Assembly (NCBI GenBank): GCA_964344235.1
Contig: CAYFMJ010000002.1
Span: 64,001-128,000 of the forward strand
Reading direction: 5' to 3'
DNA from: an uncultured Methanosarcinales archaeon
Lineage (GTDB): Archaea; Nanobdellota; Nanobdellia; Woesearchaeales; GW2011-AR9
Length of the DNA stretch: 64,000 bases
Part shown: one piece after another, positions 1 to 9,500 of the stretch
Position numbering within the stretch: position 1 is the stretch's first letter
Layout: every line of letters starts with the position of its first letter
Program-made: the position numbers and the translations under genes
The notes under the pieces: model-generated
Seen by the model: only the letters and a program-made list of their open reading frames with translations
Databases searched by the model: none
What the model was told of the DNA's origin: nothing

Positions 1-344
1 ATCGTATACGTTCCACTAATTACTCTGGCACAGTCGTCCTCAGAATTTTCTTCGTTAACCAACAAACTATCAACGGTTGTTCCTTTCATTAATGTAAACC
101 GATCCCTATCATAGCATATCTTCTGGTCATACCCCTGAACACGAACCCAGGGGACTTCGCAAAATGGAAAAGGGAGCCCATCAAAATTATCCGATTGCTT
201 CATGCAGCCTTCTGTAGTTATACTCACATCTTCAAGCTCCATGTAGTGCTGAGTCCTCCAATGATACGATCCTAAAGCCGCAGAACCAAGAATAGCCATA
301 GCAATTGCAGACCCGAGTAAAACTTTCCTGATGGTATAAATCAT
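1..344 (-). CDS. Hypothetical protein with N-terminal hydrophobic segment (runs off the window edge)
   Basis: Manual translation from ATG at 344 gives MIYTIRKVLLGSAIAMAILGSAALGSYHW..., open to position 1. A TTTTATATAAAA box lies just upstream. Not in the ORF track. Confidence 0.55.
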   Translation of the reverse strand, partial: MIYTIRKVLLGSAIAMAILGSAALGSYHWRTQHYMELEDVSITTEGCMKQSDNFDGLPFPFCEVPWVRVQGYDQKICYDRDRFTLMKGTTVDSLLVNEENSEDDCARVISGTYT

Positions 345-459
345 GGGCCCATCATTTCACTTTTTTATATAAAACTTAGTGACGAAGTGTGCTATATTGA
401 TTTGGGTGGTTGTATTTACCTAAAATTTTATAAACAGCTTTCTTACTTGTAAAACTTAT

Positions 460-590
460 GCCACTGTCGCATAATCTGGTACTGTGCGTGAGCACCGGTT
501 TACGCATGGCGGAAAATTGCGCTGGTCTTGAAGCAACTGCATGAGAACCAGTTCCTTCGGGAATTGCCGGTTCAAATCCGGCCGGTGGCG
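460..590 (+). tRNA. tRNA-Ser(UGA) with two introns (20/21: 481-515; 37/38: 533-545)
   Basis: Acceptor GCCACTG/CGGTGGC; T arm GCCGG-TTCAAAT-CCGGC; long variable arm TTCC-TTCG-GGAA; spliced anticodon arm CTGGT-CTTGAAA-ACCAG. The D-loop intron forms a strict BHB (H = TCTG/CGGA, bulges GTA and AAA). Confidence 0.92.
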
Positions 591-915
591 CTTCAAATCT
601 TTAAGTCTCTCAGGAGAGATGTAAGAGCTAACCATAAACTAAGATTAGTTCAGTCCATTAAGTATTTTTTCATTTTTAATTACTCGTTCACCAGTTTGAC
701 AAAAAATGTCGGAAATCTATCGAACTAAAAAATTCAGCAATTTTCTACTGTTTGGATGTTCCCACTAAATAATAAACTATATTTGAAGGATCATTTATCC
801 CTCGAAAACAAGATCCGATAAAAATCTCCAATTTTGATTTACTCAGCTAAGCTAGTGTTAGTTCAACTACCATTTTTTCGCACATTTTAAAAACAAATAT
901 TCTTTTCTAGATGGT

Positions 916-1323
916 ATGAATCATAACAAATTTATGCAAACCGCTATTGATGACGCTAGAAAATATAAGCACCATTTTGGCGCGGTTATTGTGAAGAATA
1001 ACAAAATAATCGCATCAGGTAATGATAGGCCCCCTGGGGATCCTCGTTTCCATGCCGAAACAACTGCAATCTTAGCAACAAAAAAGAGGTCGTTGGAGGG
1101 CTGTATTTTATACTCAACCAGTGAACCTTGTCCTATGTGTTTTTACATGGCATGGATTACGGGAATTAAAAACATTGTTTACGGTTCAACGATTAAAGAT
1201 GCTGCTAAAGCCGGTCATCCTCAGATTATTACTACCAATAAATATCTTAACAAAAAATCAGGCAAAAAAATTAAACTCACACAAATTATGAGAAAAGAGT
1301 GCAAAGAATTGCTTAATGAATAA
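916..1323 (+). CDS. Nucleoside/nucleotide deaminase (TadA/guanine deaminase-like, CDA fold)
   Basis: HAE...SEPCPMC zinc motif. Confidence 0.88.
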   Translation: MNHNKFMQTAIDDARKYKHHFGAVIVKNNKIIASGNDRPPGDPRFHAETTAILATKKRSLEGCILYSTSEPCPMCFYMAWITGIKNIVYGSTIKDAAKAGHPQIITTNKYLNKKSGKKIKLTQIMRKECKELLNE

Positions 1324-2263
1324 TCTGCTCAACTTCGATTCTAAATTCCTTTAAAGTTAAGTCACCTAATCTCTTATGAATCTCTGCTCGTATTTGTTTA
1401 AACTGCTGATCATTTTCTGTTTGAAAAGCATAGTAAAGGTTTACCCATCCTACTGCTTTGATAATAATGACAAAATGTGGATTCGCCCTCGCCCACCTGA
1501 TAAATGTCTCTATTTTCTTCTCAGAATCCTTTACTGCTAGATTTAATCTAGTAATGAAAGTCCATTCACGTACTCCAACTTGTTGAAAATCAATTAATGG
1601 GTAAAAACGAAGTATGACGTTCTTATCTTGCAATTTCTTTATTTTACGTTTAACGGTGTCAGTATGAACGTTTAACTTCTGCGCTAGCTCCAATAATGGA
1701 ATCCTTGCATCTTTGTGAAGAATCTTCAATAATTTGTTTTCAATAGGATCTAACTTAATATCCTTAACCTCTTCCTTTACATCACATTTCGCAATTTTTG
1801 TAGGATTTAACAAACGCGATAAATATGTATAACTACGCACACTCTGAAAACTCACATAGTTAATAACGGTTGAACCAAATATGCTTAATACTTTTGATTG
1901 TATGTTGTCATACTCTCCAATGGTACGTGTCCACACACTTATGTATGGCTTCCATCTACTTACCTCATGGAGAAAATAGCAACAACTAACATCTTTAATT
2001 TTCAATACTTTTTTCACGAGTTCCTTTTCTTTTTGTTGGTCGTGAATTTTTAAGTCTAAATATAACGAATGTCTACTCATTCCTAAATTTTGGTAGTTAA
2101 TTATAGTAGAAAATCTTTGAATCGCTTTACTATCGAGCATTTTTTGCACTCTATTTGTAACTGTTTTCTCTGGTATTTTCAATTCACGAGAAATTTTAGA
2201 GAATGATTGCCGTGCATCCTGGAACAATTCAAATAGGATATGCTTGTCTTTTTCATCAATCAT
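1313..2263 (-). CDS. Lrp/AsnC family regulator with tandem-duplicated HTH plus ligand-binding domains
   Basis: Two HTH segments (DARQSFSKISRELKIPEKTV; DARIPLLELAQKLNVHTDTV), each followed by a RAM-like domain. Confidence 0.85.
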   Translation of the reverse strand: MIDEKDKHILFELFQDARQSFSKISRELKIPEKTVTNRVQKMLDSKAIQRFSTIINYQNLGMSRHSLYLDLKIHDQQKEKELVKKVLKIKDVSCCYFLHEVSRWKPYISVWTRTIGEYDNIQSKVLSIFGSTVINYVSFQSVRSYTYLSRLLNPTKIAKCDVKEEVKDIKLDPIENKLLKILHKDARIPLLELAQKLNVHTDTVKRKIKKLQDKNVILRFYPLIDFQQVGVREWTFITRLNLAVKDSEKKIETFIRWARANPHFVIIIKAVGWVNLYYAFQTENDQQFKQIRAEIHKRLGDLTLKEFRIEVEQIIH

Positions 2264-2368
2264 CTTTCTAGTAGAATGCAGGTTCTTTTAAAATTTGCGT
2301 GTTTTCCGCCATTTTTTAGTAGAAATAGATAAAAGACACCTAACATATAGAAAGATGAGGAATGTGGG

Positions 2369-2554
2369 GTGGTGGATGTTATGAGGGTGGAAGTTTTGTG
2401 TTGGAAAAGAATAATTCAAAGTAAGAGGGGGATTCCTTACATTTATCTCTCCCAAAACTTATCTCCAGAAAGCGGATTCTATAAAGGAAGAGAAGTTGAT
2501 TGTAAAATAGTTGTGGAAAAAGGAAAAGTGCGTTTAATTATTGACCTTATTTGA
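2369..2554 (+). CDS. Small hypothetical protein, possibly AbrB/SpoVT-like DNA-binding (start probably ATG 2381)
   Basis: KRIIQSKRGIPYIYL...GFYKGREVDCKIV pattern resembles a swapped-hairpin domain; GGTGG SD-like sequence before ATG 2381. Confidence 0.4.
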   Translation: MVDVMRVEVLCWKRIIQSKRGIPYIYLSQNLSPESGFYKGREVDCKIVVEKGKVRLIIDLI

Positions 2555-2674
2555 GATCTCTTTTTGACTGAAATTAAGCTTATTTTGGAATGTTTTGTGA
2601 CGTTTCGTACCCCCTACAGCACCCCTCACAGGGCTTAGGTTACAAATAAATAATATCTTAACTCTATCTCTCTC

Positions 2675-2881
2675 ATGCCAAAAAATGTTAAAGTGCAGTT
2701 TCGTGTAACAAAGAACCAACATCAACGATTACATAATAATGCTCAAGCAAAAGGTTTTCAGTCAGCTTCATCATACTTGCGTTCTTTGGCTCTTGGAAAT
2801 GATCTTTTTACAGAAAAAACAATACGGGAAACAAATGATAATGTTAGAAAAATCTTACAAATTCTTCAAGAAAAGCTCTAG
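2675..2881 (+). CDS. Ribbon-helix-helix (MobC/CopG-like) small protein
   Basis: Beta strand VKVQFRVT, then helix QHQRLHNNAQAKG and SASSYLRSLAL; TAAATAAATAA box about 25 nt upstream. Confidence 0.55.
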   Translation: MPKNVKVQFRVTKNQHQRLHNNAQAKGFQSASSYLRSLALGNDLFTEKTIRETNDNVRKILQILQEKL

Positions 2882-3058
2882 GGCGAATAAATTCATAGGT
2901 GGTGTGCCGGGGGTGCATCTTACCGTCGAAAAATATATAAATAACTATTGCTTTTATACATAAATAACAGACACTAAGGGGTTAAAGAAATAATCGTCTT
3001 AGGTGTTTTGTAATATCGGGTAAATCTTTATCTGATATGGCATTGTCAAGCTCTCAAA

Positions 3059-4267
3059 GTGGCATTTTTAGAGATTTTAGTGGCTATGGTGCTTGGCGTG
3101 CATTCCGGGATCATTACGGGGTTAGTGCCGGGAATTCATGTTAATCTTATTTCGGTGTTAATGCTATCTTTCTCTTCAGTGCTATTGGGTTTTGTTGAAC
3201 CAGCAGTCTTAGGGGTGTTTATTATTAGTTTAGCGATAACCCATTCGTTTTTGGATTCACTTCCTGGAATTTATCTTGGAGCCCCGGATGCGGGAACAGA
3301 ATTGAATGTTCTTCCGGGGCATCGCTTATTACAGCAAGGACTTGGTCATAATGCGGTTGTGTATACTGTTCTTGGTTCTTTGGGCAGTTTAGTGGTTTGT
3401 GTTCTACTTCTCCCTGTTTTTATCGCGAGTATGGCAGTTATCTTTCCAGTGGTACGTGGGATGATCGGGTATATTCTCATTGCCATTATGGTGTTTATGA
3501 TTGTAAAAGATAGGGGGAAATGGTTACGGAGCTTGGTAGTCTTTCTGTTTGCAGGCGTTCTGGGATTGGTTGTATTTAATATTCCTCAACTGTCGCAGCC
3601 ACTCTTTCCCCTATTATCCGGTTTGTTCGGATTTTCAATTCTCTTAGTAAGCCTGTTTGAATCTTCAGTTATCCCAAAACAAGATTTCTCAAAGCCGTTA
3701 GCAATTTCAAAGAAAAATGTTGGGAAGACTGTGTCGGCAGCTTCAAGCATGGGTTTTATTGCTGCGTTTCTCCCAGGATTTGGGAGTAGCCAAGCGGCGA
3801 TAATGGCAACTATGGTCGTGGGGGACGTTGGAGATGAGGGTTTCTTAACATTAGTTGGGGGGATCAATACAGCCAACATGCTTATTTCAATAGGGACGGC
3901 GTATGTGTTAGATAAAGCCAGGAATGGAGCAATTGTTGCAGTAAAAGAGTTGATTGGGAGTGTTCAGTTACAAGAATTATTGTTGTTTGTATTTGTTGCG
4001 TTGATTGTTGGAGGGGTTGCAACAGTTCTTGCAGTAAGGATTTCGAAAATATTTGCTAAAGTTGTTGTTAAAGTAAAATATTCCTCTATTGTGTTTGTGA
4101 TTATTGGGTTTATTATATTACTTACAGCGTATTTTGATGGGCTTGTTGGTTTGTTAGTTTTAATAACGGCAACAGCAGTTGGTTTACTTGCATCTGCATG
4201 GACTGTGGGAAAAAACCATTTGATGGGCTGTTTAATTCTGCCAGTTATATTATATTTTGTCTTGTGA
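3059..4267 (+). CDS. Tripartite tricarboxylate transporter TctA family membrane protein (archaeal type)
   Basis: GLVPGIHVN and SLPGIYLGAPD...VLPGHRLLQQG motifs; about 10 TM segments. Confidence 0.85.
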   Translation: MAFLEILVAMVLGVHSGIITGLVPGIHVNLISVLMLSFSSVLLGFVEPAVLGVFIISLAITHSFLDSLPGIYLGAPDAGTELNVLPGHRLLQQGLGHNAVVYTVLGSLGSLVVCVLLLPVFIASMAVIFPVVRGMIGYILIAIMVFMIVKDRGKWLRSLVVFLFAGVLGLVVFNIPQLSQPLFPLLSGLFGFSILLVSLFESSVIPKQDFSKPLAISKKNVGKTVSAASSMGFIAAFLPGFGSSQAAIMATMVVGDVGDEGFLTLVGGINTANMLISIGTAYVLDKARNGAIVAVKELIGSVQLQELLLFVFVALIVGGVATVLAVRISKIFAKVVVKVKYSSIVFVIIGFIILLTAYFDGLVGLLVLITATAVGLLASAWTVGKNHLMGCLILPVILYFVL

Positions 4268-4414
4268 ATCTTTTGGTAAACCCGGTATATATCCGGTTAG
4301 TTCTGTTTTACTATTTTCAAGTGGAGCTAAATTTTTATAAGGGGTATGACTATAATTCTAGAACAAAGTTCGCATTTCATTTGCTGATGAAAGTTTTGGA
4401 ATAATAAAAAGGAG

Positions 4415-6469
4415 TTGGTGACGGTGAGGAAAAATTCATATTTGATTGTTTTTGTGATTTTATTAGTGGCAGTTTTTGCATATTTGGTGGTTGCATTGGC
4501 AGTAGATACTGGAACAAGTAACGTAGCTCTTATTTCACCTGCTACTTATAATAACCTCAGTGGAAATCATCTATTGAATGTGACCGCTCCACATATCTCC
4601 GCGGGTGATGGTAATATTACTAACGCTACACTTTTCTTCTGGAACTTCTCAAATTCCTCGGACCCTTTTGTTTATAACGTAACGATTTATCCTAATGATG
4701 CAAGTGATAACCTTTCGCTTAATCTTACGCTTAACACATCAACTTTCTTACCCGATGGTGTTTACAATGTTTCGATAAATGCTACGAACGCTTCTGATGA
4801 TGCAGTTTTGGAGAACAGTTCAGTTTTTACAGTTGTTGAGTTCTTTGTGGTTGATAATACTCCTCCGCATGTATTATCAGTAACTGATGGGTTTGAAGAT
4901 CGCAAGAATTTTACCTCTACAGCCGGGTTAGATGTTATCCCTTTTAATGTTACGGTAGAAAATGCATCTGCTGTCGATGATGACAATGTTTCAGGGATTC
5001 ATGTTGTTCAGTTTAATGTATCAAATGGAACGGGTATCTGGTTGAACTTTACAGCTAATGCCGAGAATGGTACAAGTTTTAACTATACTATAAATCTCAC
5101 TACCCTTGGGTTAGTAGATGGGAACCATACGATGGTTGTTTATGCTAATGATACTGCAGGGAATACTAACTGGACCCAGAATATAACTTACTTAATTGAT
5201 AGGGAAGCTCCAGGAAATGTTTCTTTAGTATCTCCAGATAATGCTGCTACAGTCGAAACAACCCCAACTCTTAGGTGGGAGGTTAATGATTCAGTTGCTA
5301 CTACTTTACTCTGTGAAATTATCATAGACGATAATGTTAATGTCACTGGTTTGGCGGCAGTTAATGGAACAAGAGTGGAGTATAACATTACCAGCGCTTT
5401 AGCAGATGGGGCACATAACTGGAGTGTGAGTTGTAATGATACGGTGGAGTTAAATAATGTCTCTTTGAGTCGTAACTTTACGGCGGATGGTGCTGCACCT
5501 TCTATCTCTGAATCTGGGTCTTCAGGAATAACGTCAAGTGGTGCTACTATTTCGGTTACTACAAATGAGGCAGCAACATGTAAGTTTGATACGTCCTCTT
5601 CAGCTTCCTATGACAACATGGCTAATGGAATGGACGGTGCTGAAAGTACAACTCACTCTAAAGGAATTGGGGGTTTGTCTTCAAGCACGAAATACACTTA
5701 CTATGTTAAGTGTCTTGATGCGTACAATAACGCTATGACTACGGGGACTTCAATCAGTTTCACAACTTCTTCTAGTGGAAGTAGTGGTGGTTCTGGTGGA
5801 GGAAGTAGTTCTGGTAGTGCTGGTCAGTTTGAGAAAAAGACCTGGACTTCTGTCTTTGCTGGTGAAACTGCTACTGTTGAGGTTGACAATGGGGCAATTG
5901 GAGTTACGGAAGTAAGTTTCTCCGTGGATGAAGATGCTTACGGACTCTGGGTTAAAATTGATAAAGAGGAGAGTTTCCCAAGCACTGTCCCCGCGTTTAG
6001 TGGCGAGGTCTATAGGAAACTAGAGATTACTAAGAATTCAGGAACAAAAGTTGATTTACAGGATATCGTTGTTGAGTTTAAAGTGGCTGAAGAATGGTTG
6101 AGTAGTAAGGGTTTCGGTAATGGTGATGTCGCTTTATTCCGCCATGTTGACGGAGAGTGGGTTGAACTCGAAACAGAACAGACGGGGGAGAAAGATGGTT
6201 ACGTGCATTACGCTTCGTCAACTCCAGGATTTAGTTACTTTGTGATTGGGGAAAAGACTGGTGCTAGTGAAGCTGGCTTGGTTGATGGCGGCTTTACTGA
6301 AGACTCTCCTGCTGTTGAGAGTGGTGAATCTGAAAGTGCAGACGTTGAGTCAGATGACGAATCCCTTGCAGCTGATAGCGCTGGGGGGGTTCCTACCTGG
6401 CTTTGGGTAGTTCTTGTCGTTGTGATCCTTGCAGGGGTTGCTTTTTGGTTCACTAGCAAAAAGAAGTAA
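4415..6469 (+). CDS. S-layer-like glycoprotein: Ig/FN3-like domains, PGF-pre-PGF domain, C-terminal TM anchor
   Basis: Signal peptide, many N-x-S/T sequons, Ser/Gly linker, domain ending STPGFSYFVIG, then TM and KKK tail. Confidence 0.8.
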   Translation: MVTVRKNSYLIVFVILLVAVFAYLVVALAVDTGTSNVALISPATYNNLSGNHLLNVTAPHISAGDGNITNATLFFWNFSNSSDPFVYNVTIYPNDASDNLSLNLTLNTSTFLPDGVYNVSINATNASDDAVLENSSVFTVVEFFVVDNTPPHVLSVTDGFEDRKNFTSTAGLDVIPFNVTVENASAVDDDNVSGIHVVQFNVSNGTGIWLNFTANAENGTSFNYTINLTTLGLVDGNHTMVVYANDTAGNTNWTQNITYLIDREAPGNVSLVSPDNAATVETTPTLRWEVNDSVATTLLCEIIIDDNVNVTGLAAVNGTRVEYNITSALADGAHNWSVSCNDTVELNNVSLSRNFTADGAAPSISESGSSGITSSGATISVTTNEAATCKFDTSSSASYDNMANGMDGAESTTHSKGIGGLSSSTKYTYYVKCLDAYNNAMTTGTSISFTTSSSGSSGGSGGGSSSGSAGQFEKKTWTSVFAGETATVEVDNGAIGVTEVSFSVDEDAYGLWVKIDKEESFPSTVPAFSGEVYRKLEITKNSGTKVDLQDIVVEFKVAEEWLSSKGFGNGDVALFRHVDGEWVELETEQTGEKDGYVHYASSTPGFSYFVIGEKTGASEAGLVDGGFTEDSPAVESGESESADVESDDESLAADSAGGVPTWLWVVLVVVILAGVAFWFTSKKK
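5853..6243. repeat. 391-bp perfect direct repeat, copy 1 (PGF-pre-PGF coding region)
   Basis: Base-by-base identical to 9443-9833 (offset 3590); the flanks differ at synonymous sites. Confidence 0.92.
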
Positions 6470-6552
6470 TCTTCTTTCTTTTTGTTTTTTATGAAATCGG
6501 AATATTTATAAATGAAGAAAATGTTCTACTTTTTGAAAAAGAGGTGGGTTGA

Positions 6553-9500
6553 TTGAAAAAGGTATTAATATTAGTGTTTCTCTTGGCGGTTCTGGCTGCT
6601 TTTGCTATGCTTGTTGGTGCGGCGGAGATTGGAACGTGTCAAACCATTTCAAGTTCAGGTGTGTATACTCTTAATACAAGTATTAATTATACCAGTGGCA
6701 ATTGTTTTAATGTTACGACAAGTCATGTTCTGTTGGAAGGAGGGAACTCAACTGTTATTAGTGGCGGTGGAACCGGTACGGGGATTAATGTAACGGGAGC
6801 AACTAACATTACTATTAGAAATTTTGCTGGCTTGAATAATTGGACTGAGGCAGTTAATTTTACAGATGTTAATGATTCATTTATTTTTAACGTTACTATC
6901 GACTCCGATAATGCTAGTGCAGCAACTGGTTTTTTTCTTGTTGACAGTTTTAATAATCTGATAAACTACAGCACTGTTTGGGCTAGTAATAATTCGGTTG
7001 TTCTGTTAAGAGCAAATAGCACAAATCTTACACATAATTTCTTTAACACAACTCTTTTTGATGGGGTAGTGGTTGGTTTAACTGATACCTCTCTTACTTT
7101 AATTTATAATAATACGGTAGACGCAGCTAATGGCACTAGCTCCAGTGGGATTGGAATTGTAAATGGGGGATTTAACAACGTCACCCTTAACAATGTCACA
7201 ACAAGAGGAACGCAGAGTTCGGGAGTTGCTTTGCAGACTTCTACAGACAATGTCGTTGATTCAAATACAGTTATTACTGATGGAGACACTCTGGGAGCAA
7301 TTTACCTCCTTACGGGTGCTTCTCGGAATAATATCTCTTCAAATACCATATTAACTGCAAGCGAATCGACGTTTGCTGTTTGGTTGGTTGGTGCTTCAGA
7401 TTTCAACCGGATTGAAGGTAACAATATTGATGCTGCAGACGCGGGATTCAAAGTAGATAACGCGTTGCATTCGGTTATTCAGAACAATGTAATGAATACT
7501 AGTAAAACGACGGCAGGGGCAAACGCAGTTGACATTGATGAGTCAAATAGTACAACCCTTTATGGGAACTCTATGTACGTTTCAGACAATGTCACTGACA
7601 CTTCAAATGGTGTTTTAGTGAGAGTTAGTTCTGGAGGGAACAATATCTCCTCTAATTTAATCATGCTTTGGGGCACAGAGGGAACTGGTATTATAGTTAC
7701 TAGTGCTAGCAATAATACGGTTGAATTGAATAATGTCACAACATTTGGTAATGATTCAAATGTGTTATCAGTTACCTCCTCTGCAAGCAATAATTACTTC
7801 TTTTCAAACATCCTCAATACTTCGGGGAATGATACGTATGCTATATACATCGCCGCGTCGGATAATAATTTTACTGGTAACACTGTTGAAGCAAGTGGAA
7901 ATAACAGTTGGGGGATCACATTGGATTCTGGCTCTTCGCCAAGTTTGTTGCTCAACAATGTTGTTGACACAGTAAATGATACCGGTCATGGCATCTACTT
8001 TAATTCGAATACTAATAATGTTACAAACAACACAGTGAAAACTACCGGTCAAGGATCTCACGGTATGTATCTTTCTCACTATAACACTATTGTGAGTAAC
8101 ACTGTAAAAACTACTGGTGGGGCCTCACCGTATCCGATAGTTTCTTCTGGAGGAGATGGGAATATTATTGAAAGGAACACAGCCGTTGCTGAACAGACAA
8201 GAGGTATCTACTTAACAGGCGGTGCGAATGATAACAATATTTCATACAATTTTGTAGATACAAACACTAGTGCGGCTTTAACTGCTGAAGCGTCTCACAA
8301 TAACACATTTATTTCGAACCATGCTAACTCTGGTGATGATTATGGTTTGCAGATATCTTCTTCTGCGGGGAATAATACTTTCTTGAATAATAATCTTAGT
8401 GGGTCTTATGGGCTTTTTGACGGAGTGGATGATAATAACACATTACTTTATAACAACACGTATGGTTATATGAACTGGTCGAAGTCTAATCTTACCGCTC
8501 GACTTAACCTTTCAATTGGAACTACAATTATCTTGCAGCAGAATTTGGTTGGTTTAGAATCCCATACGGAGGACAATGAAAGTATAAATGCAAGTGCAGC
8601 TATTGAAATCCGCAATTTAACGTATTCCGGTTTACCGATCCTTCTTAGGGATGGCGTTCGATGTGATAATGAAACGAACCGTCTGCAGTGTAATATTACG
8701 TATGATTCGTCTACTGGAGTTTTAGACGCGAATGTAACAAGTTTCAGTAATTACAGTACGCAAGAAGTTTCAGTATTGGTGAGTTTCAATACGCCTCCTG
8801 CTGATGAGGCTTTAAGTGACCTTAATACCTCTATTGTTATTAATGTGACTGTGGCGAATGAAACTGGTGTGGCTGATATTGATGCTGTGTTGTTCCAATT
8901 ATCAAATGGCAGCTCTGCTGATTTTAACATCACTGCTTCGAACACTAATGGTACGGAGTGGAATGCAACATTGACGCTTGCGTCTTTAGAGGACGGATCC
9001 CATAATATTACTGTCTTTGCAAATGATACAAGAGGTAATATTAATCGAACGGAAATTCGGACGATCTCCTATGATTCTGCTGCTCCGACAATAAGTGCTA
9101 TAAGTGCCTCAGAAGTAACCTCCAGCTCTGCCAAGATTTCAGTTACTAGCAGTGAAGCAGCCACCTGCAAACTAGATACTGAAGATGTTGGTTATGGAAA
9201 TATGGGAACCGAGATGACTGGTTCAGGTACGGCCACACACACTAAGTCTGTTTCCAGTCTTAGTTCTAGTACCACTTACGTTTATTATGTGAGGTGCCAG
9301 GATATCTATAATCACGCTGCAACTTCCTCTTCCTCAGTTTCATTTACCACTGCCTCATCAGGTGGAGGGGGATCTGGTGGTTCCAGCGGAGGAAGTAGTT
9401 CTGGCAGTGCAGGTGAGTTTGAAAAGAAGACCTGGACTTCTATCTTTGCTGGTGAAACTGCTACTGTTGAGGTTGACAATGGGGCAATTGGAGTTACGGA

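Noticed and set aside
528-728. 66-aa ORF from the ORF track
   Set aside because: It overlaps the tRNA-Ser(UGA) gene and has no promoter, SD or motif.
2609-2915. Imperfect inverted repeats (CCCCCTACAGCACCCCT / AGGTGGTGTGCCGGGGG) flanking the RHH gene, read as a MITE
   Set aside because: Too many mismatches, no target-site duplication and a single occurrence.
570-2960. Integrated element with attL/attR at tRNA-Ser
   Set aside because: No second copy of the tRNA 3' end and no integrase were found.
4279-4298. AACCCGG-TATATAT-CCGGTT palindrome before the S-layer-like gene
   Set aside because: Imperfect and single-copy; it may simply be a terminator or promoter element.
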